Shown piece after piece: positions 28,942 to 39,894 of a stretch of 64,000 nt of DNA. The stretch lies in the NCBI RefSeq assembly GCF_031769215.1, contig NW_026782241.1, forward strand, positions 124,001-188,000, written 5' to 3'. This DNA is from Ylistrum balloti. Taxonomy: Eukaryota. Under the pieces are notes generated by a model. It was not told where the DNA came from. It saw only the letters and a list, made by a program, of their open reading frames with translations, and did not search any database. The position numbers were made by a program, and so were the translations under genes. How positions within the stretch are numbered: the stretch's first letter is position 1; every line of letters begins with the position of its first letter.

Positions 28942-29544
28942 CTGATGAGAAAAATGGAAAGAAGATGCTGTGTTATCACAATATGTTAAGTAGTGAATTA
29001 GAAGTAGTAAAGCAAAAAATATATATATTGTATCAAACAAGATCTCAGCAAACTCTGTGGCTGTTTTTTATTGTGGGACTTACTGGCTTAAGGTACAAGA
29101 GAACTTACAAAATGCACAAGTATCGCATACACTTCCTTGTTTTACAACATATACCAAGACCAGTATATGGTAGACTTAACAAACACAAATCACTTGAGCA
29201 GCTTTTCAGTAACCCGGTAACAGACAATAACCAAATTTACCTGCATCTGAAGTTCAAAATATTATGTAAAACTCAAAATGTACAATTTCCATTTTTTCCT
29301 TTCAAACATAAAAACAGTGATAAAATGTATTTCATTTAACCCTTACTGAAATACATATGTGCACCGCCCCTAATTTATGCAGAAATTCTAAAAACTTAGT
29401 TGTGAACTTGTACTACTGGCCCTTGGCAAAGCATTTCTTGTGCACATTCAGCCAGTCCAATCGTTTCAACTACAAACTTGAAAGGGATCTAGTATAAATA
29501 TGTAAATGACTAAATACAAATATATATAATATTAAACTTCTGAC

Positions 29545-29711
29545 CTGTTTGTGGTCCTGGGGGAGTGCCTTGCCTGCCAGTAGGTATCCTTCCACCAGAT
29601 GTACACAATAGTCAACAGAAGAACCGACCAGTATTGACAATGAGATGGCTTCAACTCCACCCATCTCCCATCCAGCCAGGTAAAATATCCCCACCACCAG
29701 GCAAATCATCT
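29545..29711 (-). CDS. DISP3: DISP3 coding exon 14 (GSSVD motif)
   Basis: ctttatag|AG ATG ATT TGC; GWEMGGVEAISLSILVGSSVDYCVHLVEGYLLAG; phase-0 donor CAG|gtcaga. Confidence 0.93.
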
Positions 29712-29977
29712 CTATAAAGAAGGGAATGTACTTTTAATCAATTAGTCACTATACAAATTATCTCTGTAAAGAAGGGAATGTACTTTTAATCAATCAGTCA
29801 CTATATAAAACATCTCTGCAAAGAAGGGAATGTACTTTTAATCAATTAGTCACTATATAAATCATCTCTGCAAAGACGGGAATGTACTTTTAATCAATTA
29901 GTCACTATATAAATCATCTCTGCAAAGAAGGGAATGTACTTTCCAATCAATTAATCAATATTCAAATCATCTCTGTA
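29703..29977 (-). repeat. 52-bp tandem repeat containing the DISP3 exon-14 splice acceptor (5 full copies + 1 partial)
   Basis: Units start at 29703, 29755, 29807, 29859, 29911 and (partial) 29964. Confidence 0.93.
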
Positions 29978-30003
29978 TTTTAAAGGATATAGTCAAAAAG
30001 GTA

Positions 30004-30178
30004 CAGTCAAACCTGTGTATAAAAACAACCAAAATGCTAGGGACAAAAAAAATTGTCATTACGTGCAGGGGGCCTTTATGTAGAGGTTCAATTACTAAGA
30101 GTTGTACTATACTGAGATTCAACACTAAAGGCGTTTATAGACAGGTAGTTACAGGTGTCCTTTAGACAGGTTTGACTG
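30004..30178. mobile_element. 175-bp MITE, Tc1/mariner-type
   Basis: Perfect 13-bp TIRs (CAGTCAAACCTGT / ACAGGTTTGACTG) flanked by TA on both sides. Confidence 0.8.
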
Positions 30179-30202
30179 TACTCATAAATCATTATGATAA
30201 GG

Positions 30203-31194
30203 GACATAATAGTAGCAAGTCTTGAAGCCTGTCTAAATGACATCAGTGCTTGGATGAACACAAATATGCTCAAGCTCAATCAGGAAAAGACAGAACTGAT
30301 CGTCTTTTCCCACAAGTGTCAACGCACTAAAGGTCTCCAGTTAAAGGTCAGTGCCCAAACTATTGAGGCCGTCCAAGCTGTGAGAAACCTTGGTGTACAC
30401 TTTGATAGCTCTCTGAACATGGAGAAACAGATAAACTCAATTGCCAGTTCCTGTTATCACCAAATCAGAAACATTGGGGGTATCCATCAGTTCATCACCA
30501 CAGATGCATGCAAGACATTGGTACATTCTCTTGTTACTTCTAGGTTAGACTATGGTAACGCGTTACTCGTTGGTGTATCTGATACACTAATGAGCCGTCT
30601 GCAGAGGGTACAGAACACCGCAGCACGCCTAGTTACCCGTACTCGAAAGAGGGACCACATTACACCAGTCCTTTACTTATTGCATTGGCTGCCCGTGTGA
30701 TTCCGGTCACAGTACAAGATTTTGATGTATACATACAAGGCAATAAATGGAACAGCTCCTGAATATTTGCAGGAACTTGTCACCGTTTATCGGCCGTCAC
30801 GATCATTACGATCGGAGACAGAATCCTTGTTGTGCGTTCCGAACTCTCGGACTGTGACTTATGGTAACCGATGCTTTGGAAAAGTAGCGGCCACTTTGTG
30901 GAACAGCTTACCATCTGCTACTAGAAAGTCAAAATCCCTGGCCAAATTCAAGAGGATATTAAAACCCACCTGTTTACGTCTGCATTTTAGACTCTCACGC
31001 AGACGTCCTGTATATACATACTTTCACCACTACTTACTTGATTTGGTTACTGTGTTACATATGTTGATTACTGTGTTATACATGTTCTGTAAATTTTGTA
31101 GTAAGATTATTATGTAATTGTGAAGCGCATTAGAGTATTTTGTCAAAATAGATAGTGCGCTATATAAATGTTGTATATTATTATTATTATTATT
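30203..31194 (+). mobile_element. 5'-truncated L2/CR1-group LINE (C-terminal RT region), antisense within the DISP3 intron between coding exons 13 and 14
   Basis: WM..NMLKLNQEKTELI, VRNLGVHFDSSL, LVTSRLDYGNALL, RLQRVQNTAARLV, HITPVL..LHWLPV. One in-frame TGA at 30698 and a 1-nt frameshift before (K)THLFTSAF*. (ATT)n tail. Candidate TSD ATAAGG at 30197-30202 and 31195-31200. Confidence 0.92.
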
Positions 31195-31239
31195 ATAAGG
31201 TCCAGACATCTAGTGATTAAAGGCTAATGTTATACAACA

Positions 31240-31540
31240 TGGAGGATGATCATCCTTACTCAAGGACATGTTACATGTAGTACGAGTTCTACATTTGTTT
31301 CTCTGTGAGTAGGCATGCTCTTAAAATAATGAGCAGTTGTGATTTGTGAATGAAAGTTCGGAAATTTCATTCCATGCGTCAATTTGATTTCATTCCTAGA
31401 AATATATGTTAAATCTATCATTTGACTCTGTCAGCGATCCATAGCAAAAGTTCACAGACAAATGGATGGACAGATGGACAGATGTCGCGATATCCATATA
31501 GCTCAATTGGCCCTTTGGGTAAATTGTTCGGCAAAAAGAC
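31240..31540 (+). mobile_element. HINE-like 3' relic
   Basis: (GACAGATG) microsatellite followed by ATAGCTCAATTGGCCCTTTGGG...GGCAAAAAG, a decayed terminal hairpin. Confidence 0.4.
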
Positions 31541-31612
31541 CAGACTACATCCCATTATCTGTCCAACCCACTGACCTTATAACATGCATATTAATGTAAG
31601 GTATTTACTCAC

Positions 31613-31745
31613 CCAATATGCATATGAAGACAATAAACAGTAGTAACACATGACCCGTAAATAGTGCCACAGCAACCATACACACAACCATAGAGAGAAC
31701 AAGCCCATAGATGGCGCTGTTCACTGCCACTACTTCCATCAGTAC
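31613..31745 (-). CDS. DISP3: DISP3 coding exon 13
   Basis: gtttcag|GTA CTG ATG; VLMEVVAVNSAIYGLVLSMVVCMVAVALFTGHVLLLFIVFICIL; phase-1 donor G|gtgagt. Confidence 0.93.
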
Positions 31746-31945
31746 CTGAAACATGACAATAGTCATATAAGATTTAATAGAAAAAAAACTTTTCATAATA
31801 TGTAATTATAATCACACCTGAAATTCTATATCTATAACAAACCATAAATTGCCAACAAATAGTCTTGGTAATTAAAAAAACTTAAAGAAAAGTGCTTTTG
31901 AAATTGAATAAAGTTAATTTCTACAGTGACAGTGTGTATACTAAC

Positions 31946-32089
31946 CTTAGTCCAGAACTGTGACGTCTGAAACATGGAATCAAGAACCTCTATATATTTA
32001 TGTTCGGTGGATTTGATGTTCTCTATCAGGGCCTCCCACTTCAGATACTGCTTGTATGCTTCAAAGTATGAAATTCCTTTTGGAGTTGT
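31946..32089 (-). CDS. DISP3: DISP3 coding exon 12
   Basis: aattgcag|ACA ACT CCA; TTPKGISYFEAYKQYLKWE...FQTSQFWTK; phase-0 donor AAG|gttagt. Confidence 0.92.
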
Positions 32090-32255
32090 CTGCAATTAAA
32101 GGTATGTGATACAACATTTAATCAGGAAAAAATAATTTAATTAACATATCCCGATTTCTCGCTGAATAATTTGAATTCAGCATTACTGTTGACTGAATTC
32201 AGTTTAACTTAATAAATTCAAATTCTGTAGCTTTGAAGAGAAAGATTTTACTTAC

Positions 32256-32398
32256 CGATTCGAAGGCAAAGGCCCACCACAAGAGACCTGAATTATTGGC
32301 TGCGAGACCCCCAGCATAGTGAGCGGGGGCCTGACGACCATATACTGACTGGGTCTGCTGAAGATCTCGACACTCGGGGATCTCATCCAGGCATGCCA
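32256..32398 (-). CDS. DISP3: DISP3 coding exon 11
   Basis: gtgtttag|TG GCA TGC; ACLDEIPECRDL...GLLWWAFAFES; phase-0 donor gtaagt. Confidence 0.9.
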
Positions 32399-32883
32399 CT
32401 AAACACACATAATGCACAAACAGAATCAATATTTGTTTCTGGTAGTGTTAAGATTCATCATATTAATCCTTAATTTATAGCGGTTTTAAGACTTATTTGT
32501 GAAAAGATTAAAGGATTAATCTTGACAAATTTTACTAACGGAAATGAGTAGTATTCCCTAAGTGTTCTGTTTTCAAAATTCCAGACTAACCAACGCTTTT
32601 TTTAAGGGAGAAAAGGAAATATTTATACAACATGTACATGTAGATGACAGTTAAATGTTCACAAATTATCTAGTGTCACTTCTTATTGTATTTGTTTGGT
32701 ACACAATGAATGATATAACATATTTTTCAACAATTTTAATGCAAAGACACAACAATACTGTTGAAATCTACGGACTAAAACACATCAATATGCTTGTATA
32801 GTGTATTGATAAGTTTTCATTTTGTACATAAAATGGTACAGGTTAGTATTCAAATGCCATTGATCACAGCTACCTGTACTTAC

Positions 32884-33046
32884 TTTTAGCTGGGAAACAT
32901 TGAGCACTTCCTTTACGAACGAGACTACTTTCGTTGGCGATGCGACGACAGATCCGACAGAGAGTCTTTATACCATCCAACACATTAATAAGGTCATGTT
33001 TAAATGAGAAGAACTTGCTGAATTTAGAGTCAAATTCTACTGTTCC
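32884..33046 (-). CDS. DISP3: DISP3 coding exon 10
   Basis: tgtttcag|GGA ACA GTA; GTVEFDSKF...LCRICRRIANESSLVRKGSAQCFPAK; phase-1 donor A|gtaagt. Confidence 0.92.
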
Positions 33047-33241
33047 CTGAAACAAATATAAAACACTGACTTTGTATTTTAGTGAATGTTTTCTCTATAC
33101 CAAGGTACTTTTGACTATAAACCTTTTATATTTATAACATAAACATATATAGTCTCAACTCATAAACATTGTCATTTAATATTAAATTTAATTTCTTCAT
33201 TTCTTCAAAATAACATATCTGCAAGCAAATAAAAGACGAAC

Positions 33242-33579
33242 CTGAGATTGATCGAGTACATGGCTGACAGAGATTTTACTTTTGTCGATGCCTTTAATTC
33301 CAAACACGACATGCACCACTGCACCACTTTCTAGCATGGGACGGTCCTTAGCATTGGAGCAGTCGTGACCCTGGCAGACACTGACACCTTTTGACCCCTG
33401 ACCCTTAGTGGTCGTACTTGGTCGGGAGGAGCCAGGAGTCCAGTGTAAAGCAGTGTTTGTAGGATGTACTGGAGGTTTTGGCGTGATGGGTTTTGACGTT
33501 CCAGTGGGTGTTTTCATTGAAGTTTTAGTTTTAAGGGTAGGTTTCATAGTCTTCACTTTTGGAGGCTGGGTTTCTTGGC
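33242..33579 (-). CDS. DISP3: DISP3 coding exon 9
   Basis: cccattacag|GC CAA GAA; Thr/Lys-rich stretch then CSNAKDRPMLESGAVVHVVFGIKGID; phase-0 donor CAG|gttcgt. Confidence 0.88.
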
Positions 33580-34608
33580 CTGTAATGGGAAACCATTACT
33601 ACTTCTAGATTGACCTAACAAGGATGTTAGTATAGATGAGAACAACTGGAAAACTGATCATATGGTAACAAAAATATACCTTTAAGACATGAATGCACTC
33701 GTTGCAAACCAGCATCTGATCACTGATCAGTTGTAGAACTTGATATTATGATGCTATGGGGTGAATATGAAACAAATCTGTTGAGAGGCTGTGAAGATAT
33801 GAGACTGATTGGGAATGGAATGCGGGGAGAAATGATACAAATGATACACAGAACAGATGGACAAATCGGTAACACCTCATGTCTTTCCCAACCAATTAAA
33901 TGACGGTGGCTTGAGTATCCATTTATATCTAACAATAACCAGGTGGGGCCAACACCCAAATTTTACTTAGGGTCGTGTTAGTCATATTATAGGATACTTA
34001 TGCATCATTTAATGCAAAGTCATGAGAAACTGAAATAGACGTGGGATGTCTTATTCCTATATAATGATTTATCAGTTGATAAATATGAAATGGACCACGG
34101 AAAATCAATTAAAGGCTGTTAATCAATATAAAGATTCAGTATACTGCATAACTTGTGACATTAAAAAAGAATCTTCCATAATAGAGTTTAATGAGTGTAC
34201 CAAGTATATGATGTATTATTAAAATAATGTTATTTAATATATCACAGTGTTAATCAGCCTATTGCATTTACACAACAGGTGATTTCTGTTAACTTAAGTT
34301 GAATGTTATGTACAATAATCCTTTGGTCAGTCTCAACAAAATTAAACAATATGCTGAACCCATTCACAGTTGATATACAAAATTATGCTTATGAATATAA
34401 ATTAGAGTTTGATCTATCAGAGTCAACATTGCTCAAGATCATGACAAAGTGTTTTAAAGCGTCCCAGCAAGCAGGGACATAAAATACAGATACTATATTA
34501 TATGTCCCTGTAGCAAGGCAGTAAACTACAGACTGTTAATGGCATTTTCTGAAAAAAAAATGAGTGAATTATAATTTAAACAGAGATTTAACATACAGAG
34601 CAACCTAC

Positions 34609-34768
34609 TTTTAGTTGTGGGCACTTTAGTCGTAGTAAGTTTAGTCAAGGATCCCTTAGTTACGTGCTGTAGAGGTGACTTTGTAACATGTCTGGTGGGG
34701 GATGTTACCGCAGGGTGGGACAAAGAAGGATGATAGGCTGGGTGCTCATGGTTATAAGCAGGATTCAT
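34609..34768 (-). CDS. DISP3: DISP3 coding exon 8 (His/Pro/Thr-rich, low complexity)
   Basis: attttacag|ATG AAT CCT; MNPAYNHEHP...TTTKVPTTK; phase-1 donor A|gtaggt. Its 0-to-1 phase is required to join exons 7 and 9. Confidence 0.8.
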
Positions 34769-35343
34769 CTGTAAAATATAGATTGAGGTAGATATAGATA
34801 AAAGGTTTCAGGAAAAGTGATTACATTAATCATAAATTATCCATGACATTTCATATATAATGCAAAATTAAATTGATAGAGGACAACTAGTACATGGTCT
34901 TCAACTTAACAATATCTGTATAATTGTCTACCCTTTTGTAAAGAGGCCTACCATAAAATACACCAGAGATGATGCTCATACCTACACACCAGCTCTAAGT
35001 TTCAATACCATTTACCCACAAGTTATGTTAATTCAACCTTCAATATTCAATGTTATGACACTATTGGTTAACTATGAACCAAATCTGTTGCGAGCTTGAC
35101 TCCACAGATGAACATAGGTAGTATTTTAAACCCCTAGTAAAATGGCATAAGAATGAAAACTAAAAATCAAGTATAACACAGAGCAAATATTAATAATCAC
35201 AGTGAAACAGACACAACAATAAAAATGCTGACATATTAACAAAATCTTCGTCCAAGCTAAAACTTATAGTATAAAAGTGAGAGGTGTTTGGGAGGGTTAA
35301 GCGTTTTCTGCTTCATCAACAATACCTGTGCCAGTGTACTTAC

Positions 35344-35516
35344 ACTGTATATAGCTGAACAGCGGGGACAGGAAATCGTGTCCACACTTAGGTTACTCTT
35401 CAGGTCCAGTAACATCTGTAGATTAGTGTCGGCTCGGAAAAGCTGTGGAGGTCGTGTGGCAGGAGTAAGTTGGATCATCAGGCCAACAGATACACCGAGA
35501 ATCACCAAGGACAGGA
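35344..35516 (-). CDS. DISP3: DISP3 coding exon 7
   Basis: gtgttatag|TC CTG TCC; LTPATRPPQLFRADTNLQMLLDLKSNLSVDTISCPRCSAIYS; phase-0 donor gtaagt. Confidence 0.93.
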
Positions 35517-36354
35517 CTATAACACAGGTCAGTAGGACATTACATTAACTTTATACCACATTACTGTTACACATTATTGTTTCATCTGAAGTCTAATTTG
35601 TTACATCTAATCATTGTAAAAATAACAAAAATTGGTGTCTACACAAAGATAACATACTCTGTAAAGCTAATATAACATACATGTTATATGATATATATTT
35701 CGAGACTGCAAACACAATAGAAAATAAACAATGAAAGTTGTATATTGTGTGGGTGCTATATATACAGAAGTATGAGTGAATCAAAACTTATTACAGAACA
35801 TTTTCTTCTGGTTAGTCAATAAAACAGAAATACGAGTAGAATAACTGAGTGTGAAATTTCAATAACACTGTCACTTTCAGCAAGAAGCATATTAGTACCA
35901 AAATATGGAGTGTATAAGATCAATAATTTGGCAGTTAAAGATCATTCCACACAGGAATATCATATCACTGACTGGAAAAATTCAAAAATTGTCGCGAGGA
36001 AAACAAGCTTTTCAGGCATCTGACTGAGGAAGCCATCTGGATAGCTTAATCGACTACAGTACATTGTTTTCATCTTCTGTATGTTTTCTTATTATCTTTT
36101 TTCCATCTAGTCACACTATTTTCCACCTTAGTATACATAAGATTATAGTATTGACAAAAAATAGTGTCAGTTTTGTACCATCTTGTACACTCCATACGTC
36201 AATGTTAATGGGCTTCGTGGCAGCCATTTGTCTGATGAACCTCATATTGTTGTCAAGGAAAATATCACACTTAAATCTTCTACTGGCTGCATTATCAGGA
36301 CTCATTTTCTATCATCAAAATCAGATTAGTAAAGAAAAACAAAGCCCTGCCTAC

Positions 36355-36495
36355 CTAAAACGACCCAGCGTATATGAGTCATTGGGCGCGCTATGCAGTG
36401 AAACATAAAGCCTTGTAACATCTTGCTGAAAAGTAGATCTTCTTTCTCTTGTTCTAATGCCAAGTCCAGCAGAGTTTCATCATTATCAACAGCAT
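36355..36495 (-). CDS. DISP3: DISP3 coding exon 6
   Basis: cttttccag|AT GCT GTT; AVDNDETLLDL...MLQGFMFHCIARPMTHIRWVVL; phase-1 donor G|gtaggc. Confidence 0.85.
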
Positions 36496-37106
36496 CTGGA
36501 AAAGTCAGGCACAACCTGGTAGTTAATCATTACTACTAACAAGTAAAGAACAGCAGAGTAAAATGATACAAAGCAAATCAAAATATGACGTTTCCCTGAA
36601 AAATATCTGTAACGCATGAATGTCCACCCCTCCTAAAAAATTAGTTATGATTTACTATAAATAGTAAGTGACCTAGACTTTGAAAAATCAAAACATATAT
36701 TCATCCAAAGTATTCTTATACTTGACCTTCATAGCTTATCAAATTTGCAAAAAATTTTCTTAAAGCAAATGAGGTCTGTAGGGTAATGACAATTTATATG
36801 ATATTCTGGTGTATTTAACGTGGTCAGAAGGGAACAGTAACACTTTGATAAATCATCATAAAGTAGTAGGATATACTGTAGAATCATATATTTTCATTAG
36901 CCTCAATTTTTGAGGTTTTTCTAAAAAATAAATTACTATTTATTAGTCACTTGACTCCTGGATAATTGTACCTAAATCAGTCTACTGAAACTGATTTTAA
37001 CAGGTCATGGACAAATTAATTCATGTATTACAGTGCCCACGAAATCAATGAAAAAGAAAACTACCACGAAAATAAATGATTTTATAGTAAATGAATCAGT
37101 TCCTAC

Positions 37107-37321
37107 CAAAATATTCTTGCATAGGGTCTTCCATCATCAGCATAGGGACATCATCCTCATCTGGAGAGTCTGACCCTTCCACAGGACTGTCTTGATCAAA
37201 GATCTGAGTGAGTGCAGATAGGTTGTCAGGGACACGTCCCTGGACAAAGTGTGCTATATCAGCAGGAAGGCACAGCTTGGCGGACAATGTACTCTTGGAC
37301 CGACCGAGTAGGCGAGATATA
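37107..37321 (-). CDS. DISP3: DISP3 coding exon 5 (cytoplasmic loop)
   Basis: gttacag|T ATA TCT; ISRLLGRSK...DSPDEDDVPMLMMEDPMQEYF, similar to the vertebrate DDDIPLL segment; phase-1 donor G|gtagga. Confidence 0.85.
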
Positions 37322-37824
37322 CTGTAACCATAAGACAAGTAATATCCTATGATACATTAACAAAGTAATCCTTCCGGACTTCTACCTAAACATGTTAACT
37401 ATTCATATTTTGATCCTTGATAAGAATTGTCTAAGGGGTGTTCCATTAAAGCATCTATTGGTCCTAGGATTTTTTAAAAACAAATTATTTCTATCAATGG
37501 CCCGGTTTCCTGCCTAATGCTTTGATGCATATTATCACATAAATTCTGTGTGAGGTACTTGGATTAATCTTGTTCTGGGATAAAAACTATTACATCAAAC
37601 CAACAGCAAAGTTAAATTTCCTTTTTTATTTTCTTCTATTCATTTTCTTCTTTGTAAAAGCTGCATATTTTCTCGTTTGTTTGCTTTTCTTTAATATCTG
37701 TTTGGAACTTTAATCATTTCATGTCAGATAGTCATGAAAACATGTATTGTCAGCAGCAACCATTTAAAGGGAAACAACTCTGACATGACCAGCTACAAAA
37801 TGAAAATCCTATCTGGTGACTCAC

Positions 37825-37964
37825 AGTCTAGCTACAGCTTCTTCACATTTGTAGATAGATAAGGCCCAGATATAGAGCGCAGCTGGCATGATCAGCATAA
37901 CAGTAAACCAGCAGCAGGCCACGATGAGTGACATAAACAGGCCAAACTGGTGCACAGCAGGAAT
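37825..37964 (-). CDS. DISP3: DISP3 coding exon 4 (absent from the supplied ORF track)
   Basis: ttttgacag|ATT CCT GCT; IPAVHQFGLFMSLIVACCWFTVMLIMPAALYIWALSIYKCEEAVAR; phase-2 donor CT|gtgagt. Confidence 0.95.
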
Positions 37965-38523
37965 CTGTCAAAACCAAAAGTAGTGCACAGGTTAATATTC
38001 CTACTAGTCACTAAACAAATGACACATACTTTTCTGAATTGTCTCATTAAAACGTTTCAACATGCAATATATAGGGCATGTCTTGTTAGTTGCTTGTCTT
38101 TTTAGTAGTAAATGTCTCTATATTTTAAAATGTAGATAAATCACTGATAGTGTACAATATTAACATCAACAATAGCCATTATATACAAACAAAATATGGT
38201 GTGACAATGTAATCAGAAATAAAACACCTTACTGGTGTGATCATGTGATTAGAACCATCAAACTGTACACATAATATACACAGACACTATACAAAATATT
38301 GCTTGAAGTCACTCTTGTTGGCCTGGAAAAGAAAACAGTGTACCTGTGGAAAATTACCTTGGTTTACACCATTGTAGTAAATTACATGTCCCTCCTCCAA
38401 TAAGCAACAGCTGAATCAAAAGTCTGATTCTATGAGTCAATATTGAAATAGTGACACAAAGGCTCCACAACAAAGAAAGTCAATAAAAGACTGCTAGTGT
38501 TTTCAACACTAGGAACAACTTAC

Positions 38524-38684
38524 TGAGGAGAACACATTAGCAGCAAATGCAGCAGTTGTGGTAAATGATGTGAAAAAGGTAGCTTTGCCAGCAGTTATCA
38601 TTGTATGACGGATTCTCTTTGAGACACTCTTTTGTCCACTCGACTGACGGAAAATGTTCACGAATACAAATACATCGTCCACTC
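38524..38684 (-). CDS. DISP3: DISP3 coding exon 3 (GVDD motif)
   Basis: tttcag|GA GTG GAC GAT; VDDVFVFVNIFRQ...AGKATFFTSFTTTAAFAANVFSS; phase-0 donor gtaagt. Confidence 0.95.
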
Positions 38685-38946
38685 CTGAAACAGAAATTAC
38701 CTCAGATTTTGGTACAAATTGTTGAAGTGTTACATAAACTAGCAAAGGTTACAATATACAGTTCAACTGTTGAATGCTTGAGTGGCCTTTTACCAGGCAA
38801 ATAGCATATAAAGTTAAATAAACATATAAATTAAGGCACAATACGTTCTAAATATTGAAATTTTTATTAGCTCATTCACTCTCAATAGATTAAAAACCGA
38901 AGAAAAATTATTTGTGAACTTTAACTTTAACTATAATTATACTTAC

Positions 38947-39215
38947 CGATTCCTATGATGACAAAGGCAGCCACTCCATTCAGGATACCCAGGGCTGATA
39001 TCCTGAACACGAACCGGTAGAGGAACAGTGCGAGAGGAAAACACAGGACAATACTGGTCACGCCCCAGAAGGTGAGCCACACAGAGAAAGTCAACAACAG
39101 CATAATGATACATATACAAATCATCGTAATGTATGCCATCTTGACATCCTTCCAAAAAGTGCTGTCTACCTGGTAGTCAAATATCTCTGTTCCCCCATAG
39201 AGCACCTGCAATTTA
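38947..39215 (-). CDS. DISP3: DISP3 coding exon 2
   Basis: ttgttag|T AAA TTG CAG; KLQVLYGGTEIFDYQV...GILNGVAAFVIIGI; phase-1 donor G|gtaagt. Confidence 0.95.
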
Positions 39216-39894
39216 CTAACAAAAAGGAAAATTTTGATCATTTATAATGTCTCTCAACGAATTTTTACAGTGATATGTAAATACAGATTATTAATTGTAA
39301 ATGTATCTTACGTCCCTATCCAAAAATATGTATGTATAATGAATAACAGGTTGTTACATTAACTCTGCCTCAAAGTACCAAGACAAAGAAATAAGATAAA
39401 GAAATAAGATCTGTTGTTATTTCTATATGGAAAAAAAATTATACATGAGGGTGGGCTTATCAATAGACAGACTTATCACCTGACAAATGTAATTTTTAAA
39501 GATATGATAATAATTTTATAGATATATATGCATAGTCATATACATTGACATGATAAGATGTTTAATTGAGAACCATTGATTTCAGCTACCAACAACTGCA
39601 GTCTGTAAACAAATTCAATAGATTTACTGAAAAACTTTTATTTCTTGTAGGGTCATTATTTTTGTGGTTACCTTTTATCCACAAATTCATTAATCCACAA
39701 AAAAATAACTTCACATGTAATAGTAATATTGGCTTTGCAAGATTTATCAATGAAATCAAGTGTCAATAAAAATGCATATTTTGTAAAACAACAATAATGT
39801 GCTCTGTGAAAATTTGTGAAATTTATGTGTGTAAATGTATTAGTCATCTTAAGAGAGAGTCATCACAGCAAAACTATAAAATGAACATACTTAC

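Noticed and set aside
33596-33615. Upstream acceptor (ttgttag) for DISP3 exon 9
   Set aside because: Would include an in-frame TAA at 33598-33596, so the acceptor before 33579 is used.
36064-36408. ORFs at 36064-36408 (+) and 36111-36305 (-)
   Set aside because: Lie within or antisense to DISP3 intron/exon 6, with no recognisable protein and no need in the phase-consistent model.
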